NCBI GenBank assembly: GCA_047618185.1
Contig: JBLHKZ010000001.1
Location: forward strand, 1 to 58,938
Length of the DNA: 58,938 nt
Reading direction: 5' to 3'
Origin: Limisphaerales bacterium
GTDB lineage: Bacteria; Verrucomicrobiota; Verrucomicrobiia; Limisphaerales; JAYPEY01
Shown one piece after another: positions 35,752 through 45,173 of the stretch. Numbering within the stretch: position 1 is the first letter of the stretch; each line of letters opens with the position of its first letter. The position numbers were made by a program, and so were the translations under genes. The notes below the pieces were generated by a model. The model did no database searches. It had not been told where the DNA came from and saw nothing but the letters and a program-made list of their open reading frames with translations.

Positions 35752-36348
35752 ATGGACGGCATTGAAACTCTTCTCACTGTTTGCCTCGGCATCGGCCTAA
35801 GCGCCGCTTGCGGATTTCGCATTTTCGTTCCCATGCTCGTTCTGAGCATCGCCACAAGATCCGGCCACGTCGAACTGGCCACCGGATTTGACTGGATCGG
35901 CTCCACACCGGCGCTGATCACTTTCAGCGTTGCGACGGTTCTGGAGATCGGCGCCTACTACATTCCCTGGCTCGACAATCTGCTGGACAGCATAGCCTCC
36001 CCGGTCGCGGTCGTGGCGGGCACGGTGGTCACGGCTTCGGTCCTGACCGATGTCTCGCCGCTGATGCAGTGGACCATGGCCATCATTGCCGGCGGCGGCG
36101 CGGCGGCGGCGGTGCAGGCGACGACAGTCGTGACGCGCGGCGCGTCCTCCGCGGGGACAGGCGGTCTGGGTAACCCGGTCGTGGCGACGGCTGAACTGGG
36201 GGGCTCATTGTTCATGAGTGTCCTGTCCGTCTTTCTTCCGTTGTTGGCGGTCGGGCTTGCCGTGGGCGTGGTCGGCTTCGCCGGATACAAATACAACTCG
36301 CGCAAGAATGCGTCGAAAACTGTCGAGCCGGAACAGCTAACGTCTTGA
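35752..36348 (+). CDS. DUF4126-like membrane protein
   Basis: GLSAACGFRIFVPMLVLSIA...GAYYIPWLDNLLD. The protein is rich in Gly/Ala TM segments. Confidence 0.7.
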   Translation: MDGIETLLTVCLGIGLSAACGFRIFVPMLVLSIATRSGHVELATGFDWIGSTPALITFSVATVLEIGAYYIPWLDNLLDSIASPVAVVAGTVVTASVLTDVSPLMQWTMAIIAGGGAAAAVQATTVVTRGASSAGTGGLGNPVVATAELGGSLFMSVLSVFLPLLAVGLAVGVVGFAGYKYNSRKNASKTVEPEQLTS

Positions 36349-36529
36349 GGCGTTATCCCGACCGTTCATCTCTCCTTACATTCAGCCGCGTCATCGGACG
36401 CGGCTGAATTTGTTTAGGGGCATACGGAACCAAGCGCTGACTCGAATCGTTGGTTGGCGATTTCCGCGTTTCAATGCCACGAGACCCAGGCACATCGCAG
36501 GTGAAGTTTTTTTCCGGCGAGCCGTCCCG

Positions 36530-36910
36530 CTAATCCGATTCCACCGGCGCGAACTCCTCCAGAACGGTGCGGGAAATATACTGCAGGGCGGCCTCGCTCG
36601 TGGCCTCCAGCACGACCATCGGCGCCGCGCCGGCCTCATAAGCCGCCTGCCATCGAGGCGCACAAAGACACCATCGGTCTCCCTCCTTCAAACCGGGAAA
36701 GCCATATTGCGGAATGGGCGTGCTAAGGTCGTTGCCGGCGGCTTTTGAATACTCAAGAAAAGCCTCGGTGACTCGGATGCAAACCGCGTGACAGCCGTGA
36801 TCGTCCGGCCCTGTCTGACAACTGCCTGTGCGGCGAAAGCCGGTCATCGGATCCACACTGCATGGCTCCAACTCGCCGCCCATCACGTTCTTCTCATTTT
36901 CAAAATCCAT
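36530..36910 (-). CDS. DUF2237 family protein
   Basis: ATG at 36910. LEPCSVDPMTGFRRTGSC...DHGCHAVC..VT..FL...GNDL...GLKEGDRWCLCA.RW. Confidence 0.78.
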   Translation of the reverse strand: MDFENEKNVMGGELEPCSVDPMTGFRRTGSCQTGPDDHGCHAVCIRVTEAFLEYSKAAGNDLSTPIPQYGFPGLKEGDRWCLCAPRWQAAYEAGAAPMVVLEATSEAALQYISRTVLEEFAPVESD

Positions 36911-37022
36911 ACGTGAAGGGATACGGGGCGGATCGGGTTTCGTCAACCGAGGGGCTTCGTTCGTCGGCGCGGCGAGGAATTGGTGTTTGGCATTTGGGGC
37001 CGGGAGCCGTATCCAGATCGCC

Positions 37023-37382
37023 ATGTTTCAATACATCGCTCTCGCGAAGGAAAAGGAATGGCAGGCCGGCCCCTACGAGGGCGTCGAGCTGAAGCCGCTG
37101 CACAAGAACGAAGCCACGGGAGGAGTGGTCGTGCTGCGAAAGTTCAAGGCCGGCGTCACCGTTCCCGCGCACATTCATCCTGAAGCCAATGAATGGGCCT
37201 ATGTGCTTTCCGGCGAATGGGAGGAGTCCGGCGAGGTCTATCGCGAAGGCGCGCTTTTCCATGCCCCAAAGGGAGAGGCTCACGGGCCGCATGTCGCCAA
37301 AACCGATGTCGTGAGTCTGACCGTGTTCGACGGCCCGTTGACCGTCCAATCCGTCGCCGACGATTCCAGCGACGACGCCTGA
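37023..37382 (+). CDS. Cupin domain protein
   Basis: ATG at 37023. VPAHIHPEANEWAYVLSGEW...HAPKGEAHGP is a cupin His cluster. Confidence 0.72.
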   Translation: MFQYIALAKEKEWQAGPYEGVELKPLHKNEATGGVVVLRKFKAGVTVPAHIHPEANEWAYVLSGEWEESGEVYREGALFHAPKGEAHGPHVAKTDVVSLTVFDGPLTVQSVADDSSDDA

Positions 37383-37425
37383 GCGCATCGTCGGAGAAAT
37401 CAGCGGCGCTTCGATTGCCCACGGA

Positions 37426-37457
37426 CGGTAGGGCCGCGCTGCTGCGCGTCCCTACCG
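37426..37457. repeat. GGTAGGG...CCCTACC hairpin repeat between convergent genes
   Basis: In cggtagggccgcgctgctgcgcgtccctaccg there is a 7-bp stem with a 16-nt loop. Its reverse complement matches the repeats at 16899 and 20348. Confidence 0.75.
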
Positions 37458-37488
37458 GCGTTGGATAAAAACCCCCAACGATCCGGCT

Positions 37489-38847
37489 TCAAAACGATTT
37501 CAGCCAGGCGTCAAATGTCGCCTGCAATTCCACGACGCGTTGCGGCTCCGACTTCGCCAGGTTTTTCGATTCCGAAAGATCGGTCGCGAGGTTGAAAAGC
37601 TGCCAGTCATGCTTCGGATTTTCGCGCGCCATTTTCCAATCTCCCTTCCGCAAACCCGCGTGACGACCGTATTGAAAGAAGAAGGATTCGTGCGCGGACT
37701 TTGCGCCGGCCGTTAGAATCGGCAACGGATCTTTGCCGTCATAGATCACCTTCGTCGGCAATTCTGCCCCTGCAAGTTTAGCGCAGGCCGCCATCAAATC
37801 GGGCGACCAGAACGGCTCGGAAATAATCGATCCGGCCTTGATCCGGCCGGGCCAGCGCGCCATAGCCGCGACGCGCAGCCCGCCTTCCCAGCAGGTCACG
37901 CCGCCATGACGCAGCGGGTCGTTGATCCCGACGTCCAGCCCTTTGCGGTTCAGGCGAAAGCCGCCGTTGTCAGACATGAAGAAGACAAATGTGTTGTCGG
38001 CTTCGCCCGTCGTCTCCAGTGCATCCAGCGTCCGGCCAATCGCCCGGTCCAGAGCAAAGACAACGGCGTCGTAGCGTTTCTTCGGATCGGTTTCGTCGGG
38101 CGACAGTCCGCAAGCCTCGAAGGCCCAGTCCGGCGCCTGCCAGATATTCGGCTGACCGGGGCGTTTATTGCCGGCCGTCGGAAAATGAGGCGCGTTGAAC
38201 GGGAGGTAGCAGAACCATGGCTGATCGCTCTTGCTGCGGCGCTGCATGAAATCGATGGCCGCGTCGGCGAAGATGTCGGTGATGTATTCGCCCTCCCGAT
38301 GCAGCTCCTGGACGCCGTTGTAGAGGTCGTGCTTTTCGCGATAGTTGTGATGGTAGTAGTCGCAGTTGCCGGAGGCGTGTCCGATGAATTCGTCGAAACC
38401 GCGCTCGGTCGGTCGTGACCCTTTGGCGAATCCAATGTTCCATTTTCCAAAGCAGCCGGTCGCGTAGGGCGTCGGCGCTTTTTTCAAAACTTGAGGAATG
38501 AGGATCTCCTGATGATTCAGGCCAACCCCGTAATTGCCGGCAACGCCGCCGAGCTGCTTTTTCAGCCCGTGCCGCTCGGGAATGCGCCCCGTCAGCAGGC
38601 AGGCTCGCGAAACCGTGCACGTCGGCGAGGCGGTGTAATAGCCGGTCAGGCGGGCCCCTTGTGAGGCCAGTCGATCCAGATTCGGCGCCTTGATCGTCGT
38701 GCGCGGATTGTAGCTGGGCAGGTCGCCGTAGCCCAGATTGTCGGCGGTGATGATCAGAATGTTCGGACGCGGCGCGGCGGCGGCGGTCAAGGCGCCTGGC
38801 GTCATAGCGAGCGAAACTGCGAGTAGGAGAAGTAGAATTCGTTTCAT
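37489..38847 (-). CDS. Arylsulfatase-family (type I) sulfatase with atypical CTVSR motif
   Basis: ATG at 38847 with a signal peptide. PNILIITADNLGYGDL is present. The active-site region SPTCTVSRACLLTGR (codons at 38605..38619) has Val where the canonical Pro would be. Confidence 0.9.
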   Translation of the reverse strand: MKRILLLLLAVSLAMTPGALTAAAAPRPNILIITADNLGYGDLPSYNPRTTIKAPNLDRLASQGARLTGYYTASPTCTVSRACLLTGRIPERHGLKKQLGGVAGNYGVGLNHQEILIPQVLKKAPTPYATGCFGKWNIGFAKGSRPTERGFDEFIGHASGNCDYYHHNYREKHDLYNGVQELHREGEYITDIFADAAIDFMQRRSKSDQPWFCYLPFNAPHFPTAGNKRPGQPNIWQAPDWAFEACGLSPDETDPKKRYDAVVFALDRAIGRTLDALETTGEADNTFVFFMSDNGGFRLNRKGLDVGINDPLRHGGVTCWEGGLRVAAMARWPGRIKAGSIISEPFWSPDLMAACAKLAGAELPTKVIYDGKDPLPILTAGAKSAHESFFFQYGRHAGLRKGDWKMARENPKHDWQLFNLATDLSESKNLAKSEPQRVVELQATFDAWLKSF

Positions 38848-38941
38848 GCGAAGCTCGTTTATGTCCGAGCGTCGCCAATCAGGCAAACTGAGAATGACAT
38901 CTACCGAAAGCGGGGCCAGTATGACGCGTCGAACTTGGACC

Positions 38942-40471
38942 ATGAAGACCATCCTCTATCGCGGCGTTACGATCCTCAGCGCGGTTCTGCTGACTGTCGC
39001 CGCCGCGAGCTCGGCCCAGCGACCGAACATCGTCATCGTGCTGGCCGACGATATGGGCTACGGCGATCTCGGCTGCTACAACGCCGAGTCAAAGATCCCC
39101 ACGCCCAACATGGACCTGCTGGCGCGCGAGGGGATTCGCTTCACCGACGCACACTCGGCAAGCGCGGTTTGCACGCCCTCGCGCTACGCGCTTCTGACGG
39201 GGCGCTATTGCTGGAGAACGCCGCTCAAATACGGGGTGCTGTTCAACTACGAGCCGCCGCTCATCGAACCCGGCCGCATGACCATCGCCTCCCTGCTGAA
39301 GGCGAACGGCTACACAACCGCGATCACCGGCAAATGGCACTTGGGCCTGAATTTTCCGACGCTGCCTGGCAGATCGATCGATTTCGACGATCCGCTGCCC
39401 TGGTATCCCGGCCCGGAACCGGATCGCGCCGTTGGCGAAAGCATCGATTTCTCCAAGCCCGTTTCCGGTGGCCCCGAGGATCTGGGATTCGATCGCGCGT
39501 TCTACACGGCCGGCTGCGCGACCGATCAAGCCCCCTACTGTTTCATAGAAAACCGTCGATTCGTCGGCATGAAGAACGCCGCCTATCGCCGGCCCGAGCG
39601 ATCGATTCGTTACGGGATGGCGTCGCCGGATTGGCGCAACGACCTGGTCGATCTGAAGTTCGCGGACAAGGCGGTCACCTTCATCGACGAAGCCGCGACG
39701 CGCGAGCAGCCCTTCTTCCTGTACGTCCCGCTGTCGTCGCCGCATTCGCCCCATTTTGTTCCCAAGCTCGCGGAGGGAAAAAGCCGGGCTGGATGGCGCG
39801 GCGACATGGTCTGGCTCGTGGATTCCATCGTCGGACGAATCGTTGACGCGCTAAAGGAAGGCGGCGTTGCGGAGAATACCCTGCTGATCGTCACCAGCGA
39901 CAACGGCCCGCTGGCCGGCTCATTGAAACCCGGTGAACGCGAGGGCGCGGCCAGGCCGGATTACGGCCATAAATCCGCGGGCGATCTGCGCGGCTTCAAG
40001 GCGAAGATCCATGAAGGCGGGCATCGCATTCCCTTCATCGCCCGCTGGCCGGGAAGGATTCCCGCGGGCGTGACGAGCGATGAACTGCTCGGCCAGAACG
40101 ATCTCCTGGCCACCTTCGCCGCGATCGTCGGACAGGATCTCCCGAAAGGCGCGGGCGAAGACAGTTTTAATGTTTTGACCGCGTTGCGAGGCGGAAAACT
40201 CAGCGCCGACCGTCGCCCCCCATTAATCCAACACGCGGGTCGCGCGGCCTTCGCGATCCGCGACGGCAATTGGAAACTGATTCTCATCAAACCGCACAAG
40301 CCGGGCGCTGAACGGCGATGGAACGCGCGCGGCGAACTCTACAATCTGGCTCAAGACCCAGCCGAGTCCACGAACCTCTGGACGAAACAGCCCGGAAAGG
40401 TCGAAGAGCTGACGTCCGCGTTGAAACGCTTCGAAAGCGGAGAGCCGAGCGTGAATCGGCGGACGCGTTGA
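38942..40471 (+). CDS. Arylsulfatase-family sulfatase
   Basis: Start is ATG 38942 (or 38921). PNIVIVLADDMGYGDLGC is present, with a canonical CTPSRYALLTGR motif. Confidence 0.9.
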   Translation: MKTILYRGVTILSAVLLTVAAASSAQRPNIVIVLADDMGYGDLGCYNAESKIPTPNMDLLAREGIRFTDAHSASAVCTPSRYALLTGRYCWRTPLKYGVLFNYEPPLIEPGRMTIASLLKANGYTTAITGKWHLGLNFPTLPGRSIDFDDPLPWYPGPEPDRAVGESIDFSKPVSGGPEDLGFDRAFYTAGCATDQAPYCFIENRRFVGMKNAAYRRPERSIRYGMASPDWRNDLVDLKFADKAVTFIDEAATREQPFFLYVPLSSPHSPHFVPKLAEGKSRAGWRGDMVWLVDSIVGRIVDALKEGGVAENTLLIVTSDNGPLAGSLKPGEREGAARPDYGHKSAGDLRGFKAKIHEGGHRIPFIARWPGRIPAGVTSDELLGQNDLLATFAAIVGQDLPKGAGEDSFNVLTALRGGKLSADRRPPLIQHAGRAAFAIRDGNWKLILIKPHKPGAERRWNARGELYNLAQDPAESTNLWTKQPGKVEELTSALKRFESGEPSVNRRTR

Positions 40472-40506
40472 ACTGATCGGGATGGAATAGACGCCAGGCG
40501 CATTAT

Positions 40507-40563
40507 GGGACGCCGAGGACGGCGTCCGTCTCAAATCGGAGAGGGCCGCCGTCCTCGGTGTCC
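40507..40563. repeat. GGGACRCCGAGGACG hairpin repeat, copy 2
   Basis: ggacgccgaggacggcg (40508..40524) pairs with cgccgtcctcggtgtcc (40547..40563). The 17-bp stem has one G:T mismatch and a 22-nt loop. Confidence 0.8.
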
Positions 40564-40615
40564 GATGTACGAAGTGGAAAAGAATGCCGGCTTCTCGCGC
40601 AAAGCCCCAGTTGCT

Positions 40616-42094
40616 ATGAAAGGCGTCATGAATCGAATTGAATTCCCATTCGGTCGCATCCATCGCGCGAGGGCGCTCGCCTGCGCGTTGACGCTCGCCC
40701 TGATTCTCACGGCATCGATCGCGTCCCCCGCAACCGCGCGCATCAAGAATGTGCTATTCCTCATTTCGGACGATCTCAAGGCCAGCACGTTGGGCTGTTA
40801 CGGCGATCCGTTCGTCAGGACGCCGAATATCGACGCGCTCGCCACGCAGGGGATGGTCTTCAATCGCGCCTACTGCCAGGGAACCTCCTGCGGACCTTCG
40901 CGAACGTCCTTCATGCACAGCCGCTACCGCAACGGCAGCGGGATCAACATGGGTCAACATTTTCGTGAACAGGGCTGGCATACCGCGCGCGTCGGCAAGA
41001 TCTATCACATGCGCGTGCCGGGCGACATCATCGCTGGAACGCACGGCCAGGACATCGCCAACTCCTGGACGGAGCGCTTCAATTCCAAGGGACTCGAGGC
41101 GCACACTCCGGGCGACTACGCCTGCCTGAACTTGAATATTTTCAGCAGTCAACTGGAAGGCCGGCAATCGACCCGCATGCCGCACCGTCCCTACGTCACC
41201 GTTCGCTACGAGGGCGACGGCTCCGACCAACCCGATCACAAGACCGCGACAAAAACCATCGAGCTGCTGCGCGAGCACAAGGACAAACCCTTCTTTCTCG
41301 CCGCCGGCTTTGTCCGCCCCCATTACCCGATGGTCGCGCCCCACCAATATTTTGATTCCTATCCCTGGGAAAAAATGAAATTGCCGGAAGTCGCAGGCGC
41401 CGATCACGACGACATCCCCAAATCGGGTATCGCAGGCTCGACTTCAAAGCGAATTGGCATCGACAAGTTTCCCGACAATCAGAAGCGCATGTGGGCCGGC
41501 TACTACGCGTCGATCCAATTCATGGACGAGCAGGTCGGACGCGTCGTGCGCGAGCTGGATCGACTGGGATTGCGAGACAGCACCGCGATCGTCTTCTGCA
41601 GCGACCATGGCTACCACCTCGGCGAACACCATTTCTGGCAGAAGTCGAACCTGCACGAAGAAGTCCTGCGCGTGCCGCTGATCATGTCGATTCCCGGCAT
41701 GAAACCCGGTCGCTCCGATTCACTGGTCGAGCTGATGGATATCTACCCAACTCTCGCCGACCTGGCCGGCGTCACGGCTCCCAAAGCCGTCCAGGGAAAA
41801 AGCCTTCGCCCCGTCCTGGCGGACCCGAAGGCGACCGTGCGCAAGGCCGCCTTGTCCGTCGGCAGCAAAGGCTACGCCATGCGGGCACCGGACTGGGCCT
41901 ACATCCGCTACCACGACCAATCCGAGGAGCTCTACGACATGAAGGCCGACCCGAAGCAATTTGTGAATCTCGCGAAAGATCCAACTAGCGAGAGCGAGAT
42001 CGGAAGACTACGTCGACATCTCGCCGCACGACTGAAGATCGCAGATCTCGACGCGGCAAAGCCACGAAGAAAGAAAGGAAAACGTAAGAAATAG
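40616..42094 (+). CDS. Sulfatase (iduronate-2-sulfatase-like)
   Basis: Start is ATG 40616 or 40628, with a signal peptide. NVLFLISDDLKAS is present, with a canonical CGPSRTSFMHSR motif and a basic C-terminal tail. Confidence 0.88.
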   Translation: MKGVMNRIEFPFGRIHRARALACALTLALILTASIASPATARIKNVLFLISDDLKASTLGCYGDPFVRTPNIDALATQGMVFNRAYCQGTSCGPSRTSFMHSRYRNGSGINMGQHFREQGWHTARVGKIYHMRVPGDIIAGTHGQDIANSWTERFNSKGLEAHTPGDYACLNLNIFSSQLEGRQSTRMPHRPYVTVRYEGDGSDQPDHKTATKTIELLREHKDKPFFLAAGFVRPHYPMVAPHQYFDSYPWEKMKLPEVAGADHDDIPKSGIAGSTSKRIGIDKFPDNQKRMWAGYYASIQFMDEQVGRVVRELDRLGLRDSTAIVFCSDHGYHLGEHHFWQKSNLHEEVLRVPLIMSIPGMKPGRSDSLVELMDIYPTLADLAGVTAPKAVQGKSLRPVLADPKATVRKAALSVGSKGYAMRAPDWAYIRYHDQSEELYDMKADPKQFVNLAKDPTSESEIGRLRRHLAARLKIADLDAAKPRRKKGKRKK

Positions 42095-42248
42095 CCTGAG
42101 TTTTCCTTAGGTTGACGCGCATGTGCTGAGCCGTAGGCGAACGGAAATGCCTGGCACGGCTCGGCGGAATCCCGCGACTGCGGGCCCCACCGAGACTATT
42201 CGTTAATTCCGACTCTATTCGGAAATGCTTTTCCGTAATTACTCCACC

Positions 42249-44171
42249 TCACCCTCCAACCAACCCCTCCACAAAATCCAGCGTCGCCTTGAATGGCATT
42301 GAATCGTAGGCCCCAAACAGATTTGTCTTTTGGCGCAGTTTGGCGCGGGTCGTCGCGGGACTGGTGATGCCGCAGAGGAGGCGCGTGAGTTGCCGGGGCG
42401 TTCGGATCGATTCGTGGCCGTCGGAGATCAGGCCTCGGACGCGTTCCTCGTCCTGCGCGGAAAAGGTCCGGCGATCCGCGTCGCCGAGCGGTGTCGGCTT
42501 CACGCCCTGACAGCGGCAGCAATGCCCGCAGTCGTCTCGCTCCTCGCCAAAGTAACCAAGCAGATGCCGGGTGATGCAGCCGTCGTGTTGGGCCAGGTCC
42601 AACACTCGCTGAATGCGCTCAACATCGTTGGTTTCGCGCTTTTGAAAACGGGCATTGAGCGACGCGACGAAGGCGTTCATGTCTTCCGGGATGCGCAGCC
42701 GGCGATATCCCTGGCGCACTCCGGCGACCTGCAGGATCAGATCGCCCTTTTCCTCGAGATAGCTCAGCGCGGCCACGATGCGATCGCGGGGCTGGCCGAT
42801 GGTCTGGCTGACCTCCGTGGTGTCGAGCGTCAACCATTTGGTTCCCTTGCGCGCATGACGAAACACGCTTCTCAGGAACTCGGCCTTCTCCCCGCTGACG
42901 CGCGCGAACATCTCGGATGAGGGACACTGCGGTTGAAATTTGTATTCGCTGTAGAAAGGGCCGGTTGACGCGAGGCAGCGCTCCAGCTCGAGATAGGTCA
43001 GCAGCGTTTTCACCACCAGCGGCCGCACATCGAAACGTCCGGAAAGTTCATATTCCGAAATGTCGAACGTCTCGCCCATTTCGAAAATGTGGCGTGTAAA
43101 TTCTCCGACTGTCTCCGGTTCGGGCGTGTCGCCATAGCTGAAATTCTCCAACGTGATGACGTCGTCCGCCGACGCCAGCATCTCGCAGACGGAAGGCTCG
43201 CCGTCTCGACCCGCGCGCCCAATCTCCTGCGAGTAACTCTCCAGCCCCTTGGGCAGATTGTAGTGATAGACGTAACGGATGTTCGACTTGTCGATGCCCA
43301 TGCCGAAAGCGATCGTCGCGACGATTACCGAATCGGGCGAACTCATGAACGCATTCTGAATGGCAGTGCGATCCTCGCTCTTGAGGCCCGCATGATAGGC
43401 GGCGGCGTTGAGTCCGTTGGCGGCCAGGAACCCGGCCACTTCCTCCGCCGTGCGTTGCAGCGTGACGTAGACAATCGTCGAGCCGGGCGGACGTTCGCGA
43501 AGCCGGTCGAGCAAGGTCTTGTTTCTTCCGCGGCTGGGACCGGCGATGACGCTCAACTCCAGATTAGGCCGATAAAATCCCGTGTGCACTTCGTCGTCGT
43601 CGGCAATATCGAACGCGGCGCGCACATCTTTGGCCACGGCCGGCGTCGCGGTCGCAGTCAGCGACAGCGTCCGCTCCACCTTCAGATCCTTGGCAAGCTG
43701 CGCGATCTTCAGGTAATCCGGCCGGAAATTGTGCCCCCATTCACTGATGCAGTGCGCCTCATCGATCGCGAGCAACGAGATCTTCTGACGTCCGATCGCC
43801 CGCAGGAAGCGCTCATTGCCGAGTCGCTCCGGTGAGATATACAGGAGCTTCAAGTTCCCCGCGTAAAGGTCGTCAAACAGCTTGCGATTCTCCTCCTTGG
43901 TGAGGGTCGAATCGAGCCGGGCGGCGGACGCTCCCTTGGCGATGAGAAAATCCAGCTGATCCTTCATAAGCGCGATCAGCGGCGAGATCACCACGGTCAG
44001 TCCGTCCAGCATCAACCCCGGCAACTGGTAGCAAAGACTCTTGCCTCCGCCGGTCGGAAAAATCGCCAACACCGACTTGCCTGCGAGCAAGCGGGAAATC
44101 GCGGCCTCCTGGCCGTCGCGAAAGTCGTCGAAACCGAATCGTTCTTTGAGTTGGCGCTGTAGCTCAGTCAT
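42249..44171 (-). CDS. recQ: RecQ-family ATP-dependent DNA helicase
   Basis: ATG at 44171 (MTELQRQLKERFGFDDFRDGQ). Motifs are PTGGGKSLCYQLP, DEAHCISEWGHNFRPDY and IAFGMGIDKSNIRYV, plus a Cys cluster CGHCCRC late in the protein. Confidence 0.9.
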   Translation of the reverse strand: MTELQRQLKERFGFDDFRDGQEAAISRLLAGKSVLAIFPTGGGKSLCYQLPGLMLDGLTVVISPLIALMKDQLDFLIAKGASAARLDSTLTKEENRKLFDDLYAGNLKLLYISPERLGNERFLRAIGRQKISLLAIDEAHCISEWGHNFRPDYLKIAQLAKDLKVERTLSLTATATPAVAKDVRAAFDIADDDEVHTGFYRPNLELSVIAGPSRGRNKTLLDRLRERPPGSTIVYVTLQRTAEEVAGFLAANGLNAAAYHAGLKSEDRTAIQNAFMSSPDSVIVATIAFGMGIDKSNIRYVYHYNLPKGLESYSQEIGRAGRDGEPSVCEMLASADDVITLENFSYGDTPEPETVGEFTRHIFEMGETFDISEYELSGRFDVRPLVVKTLLTYLELERCLASTGPFYSEYKFQPQCPSSEMFARVSGEKAEFLRSVFRHARKGTKWLTLDTTEVSQTIGQPRDRIVAALSYLEEKGDLILQVAGVRQGYRRLRIPEDMNAFVASLNARFQKRETNDVERIQRVLDLAQHDGCITRHLLGYFGEERDDCGHCCRCQGVKPTPLGDADRRTFSAQDEERVRGLISDGHESIRTPRQLTRLLCGITSPATTRAKLRQKTNLFGAYDSMPFKATLDFVEGLVGG

Positions 44172-44497
44172 GATTGAGAGTCGGCTTAAAAGATGGAAAT
44201 TAACTTTAGGCGAACGCAAATTTCCCACTTGGCGCTCGATAAGCAAGCGCTTCCTGCCGCCCTGTGAAACTTTTCCATCGGAATGTCGCGAACAGGATGA
44301 AAACAGAGACTGCCGTTTCAATTTGCGACGGAGAATCGTGCCGGCGGCGCTTTCGGACAGAGCGATCGAAGACCACTGAAGGCGGGTATAGAGCGCAGGA
44401 ATTTCAGTGTAAACGCGCAAGACGGATTCATAAGCGACGGCCAACCGCTCGAACAACAACCACCGATAAAGGATTGTATGGAGCGCTCGAATGACCG

Positions 44498-45160
44498 ATG
44501 AAGGATTCCCCCATGGCCATCGAAGAAATTCCGATCGATCTTTCCGGATTCGAACCCTCTCCCGAGGCCGTGCGTTTGATCAAGGAAGTGAATCGCATGA
44601 TCGACGACTTCGACGACGCGGGCGGGCGCAAGGAGAACCCCCTCTACGTTCCCTGTGATCCCGTTTTCCTAGACGCCGCGATCGCTTTCGTCACGGAGCG
44701 CGATCTGCCGATCGGCCGAGTGTTTTGTGAATTGGGCAGTGGATTTGGTCTCGGTGTTTGCCTGGCCGCTTTGCACGGCTACGAGGCCTACGGCTTGGAA
44801 ATCGACGAGAAGCTGGTCGACGCCTCACGGATGTTGGCGCAACGCCAGAATATCGACGCGACCTTTCTCTCCGAAAGTTATTTCCCCGAGGGCTATTCCG
44901 CCTACGACGGCATTGCCGGCAGCGAGCTGTTGAAACCCGAATCGTCCTGGAGCCAATCGGACGCCTTTCATTACAGTCCGCGCTATGAGGGCATGGATCG
45001 CGACACGGATGAGATCGATGTCTTCTTCGTCTATCCCTGGCCGCACGAGCACGAGATGATGCACGAACTTTTTGAAGAGCTGGCTTCGGACGGCGCCATA
45101 CTGATCGCCTATTACGGGGAGGGCGAAATCTGCGTCTATCGGAAGACGTTTGACGATTGA
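44498..45160 (+). CDS. Hypothetical protein with class I SAM-methyltransferase-like motif I
   Basis: VFCELGSGFGLGVCLAALHGYEAYGLEID is a GxGxG plus acidic loop pattern. The rest is unrecognised. Confidence 0.45.
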   Translation: MKDSPMAIEEIPIDLSGFEPSPEAVRLIKEVNRMIDDFDDAGGRKENPLYVPCDPVFLDAAIAFVTERDLPIGRVFCELGSGFGLGVCLAALHGYEAYGLEIDEKLVDASRMLAQRQNIDATFLSESYFPEGYSAYDGIAGSELLKPESSWSQSDAFHYSPRYEGMDRDTDEIDVFFVYPWPHEHEMMHELFEELASDGAILIAYYGEGEICVYRKTFDD

Positions 45161-45173
45161 GGCGACTTCGGCG

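Noticed and set aside
42128-42162. A hairpin (GAGCCGT...ACGGCTC) between the convergent sulfatase and recQ genes, considered as an intrinsic terminator.
   Set aside because: The stem is only 7 bp, the loop is 21 nt and there is no U-tract. The evidence is too weak to annotate it as a terminator.
44530-44560. A GGATTCGAACCC string resembling a tRNA T-arm on the minus strand.
   Set aside because: The flanks do not form a 5-bp T-stem, and no acceptor, D or anticodon arms can be drawn. It lies inside ORF 44498..45160.
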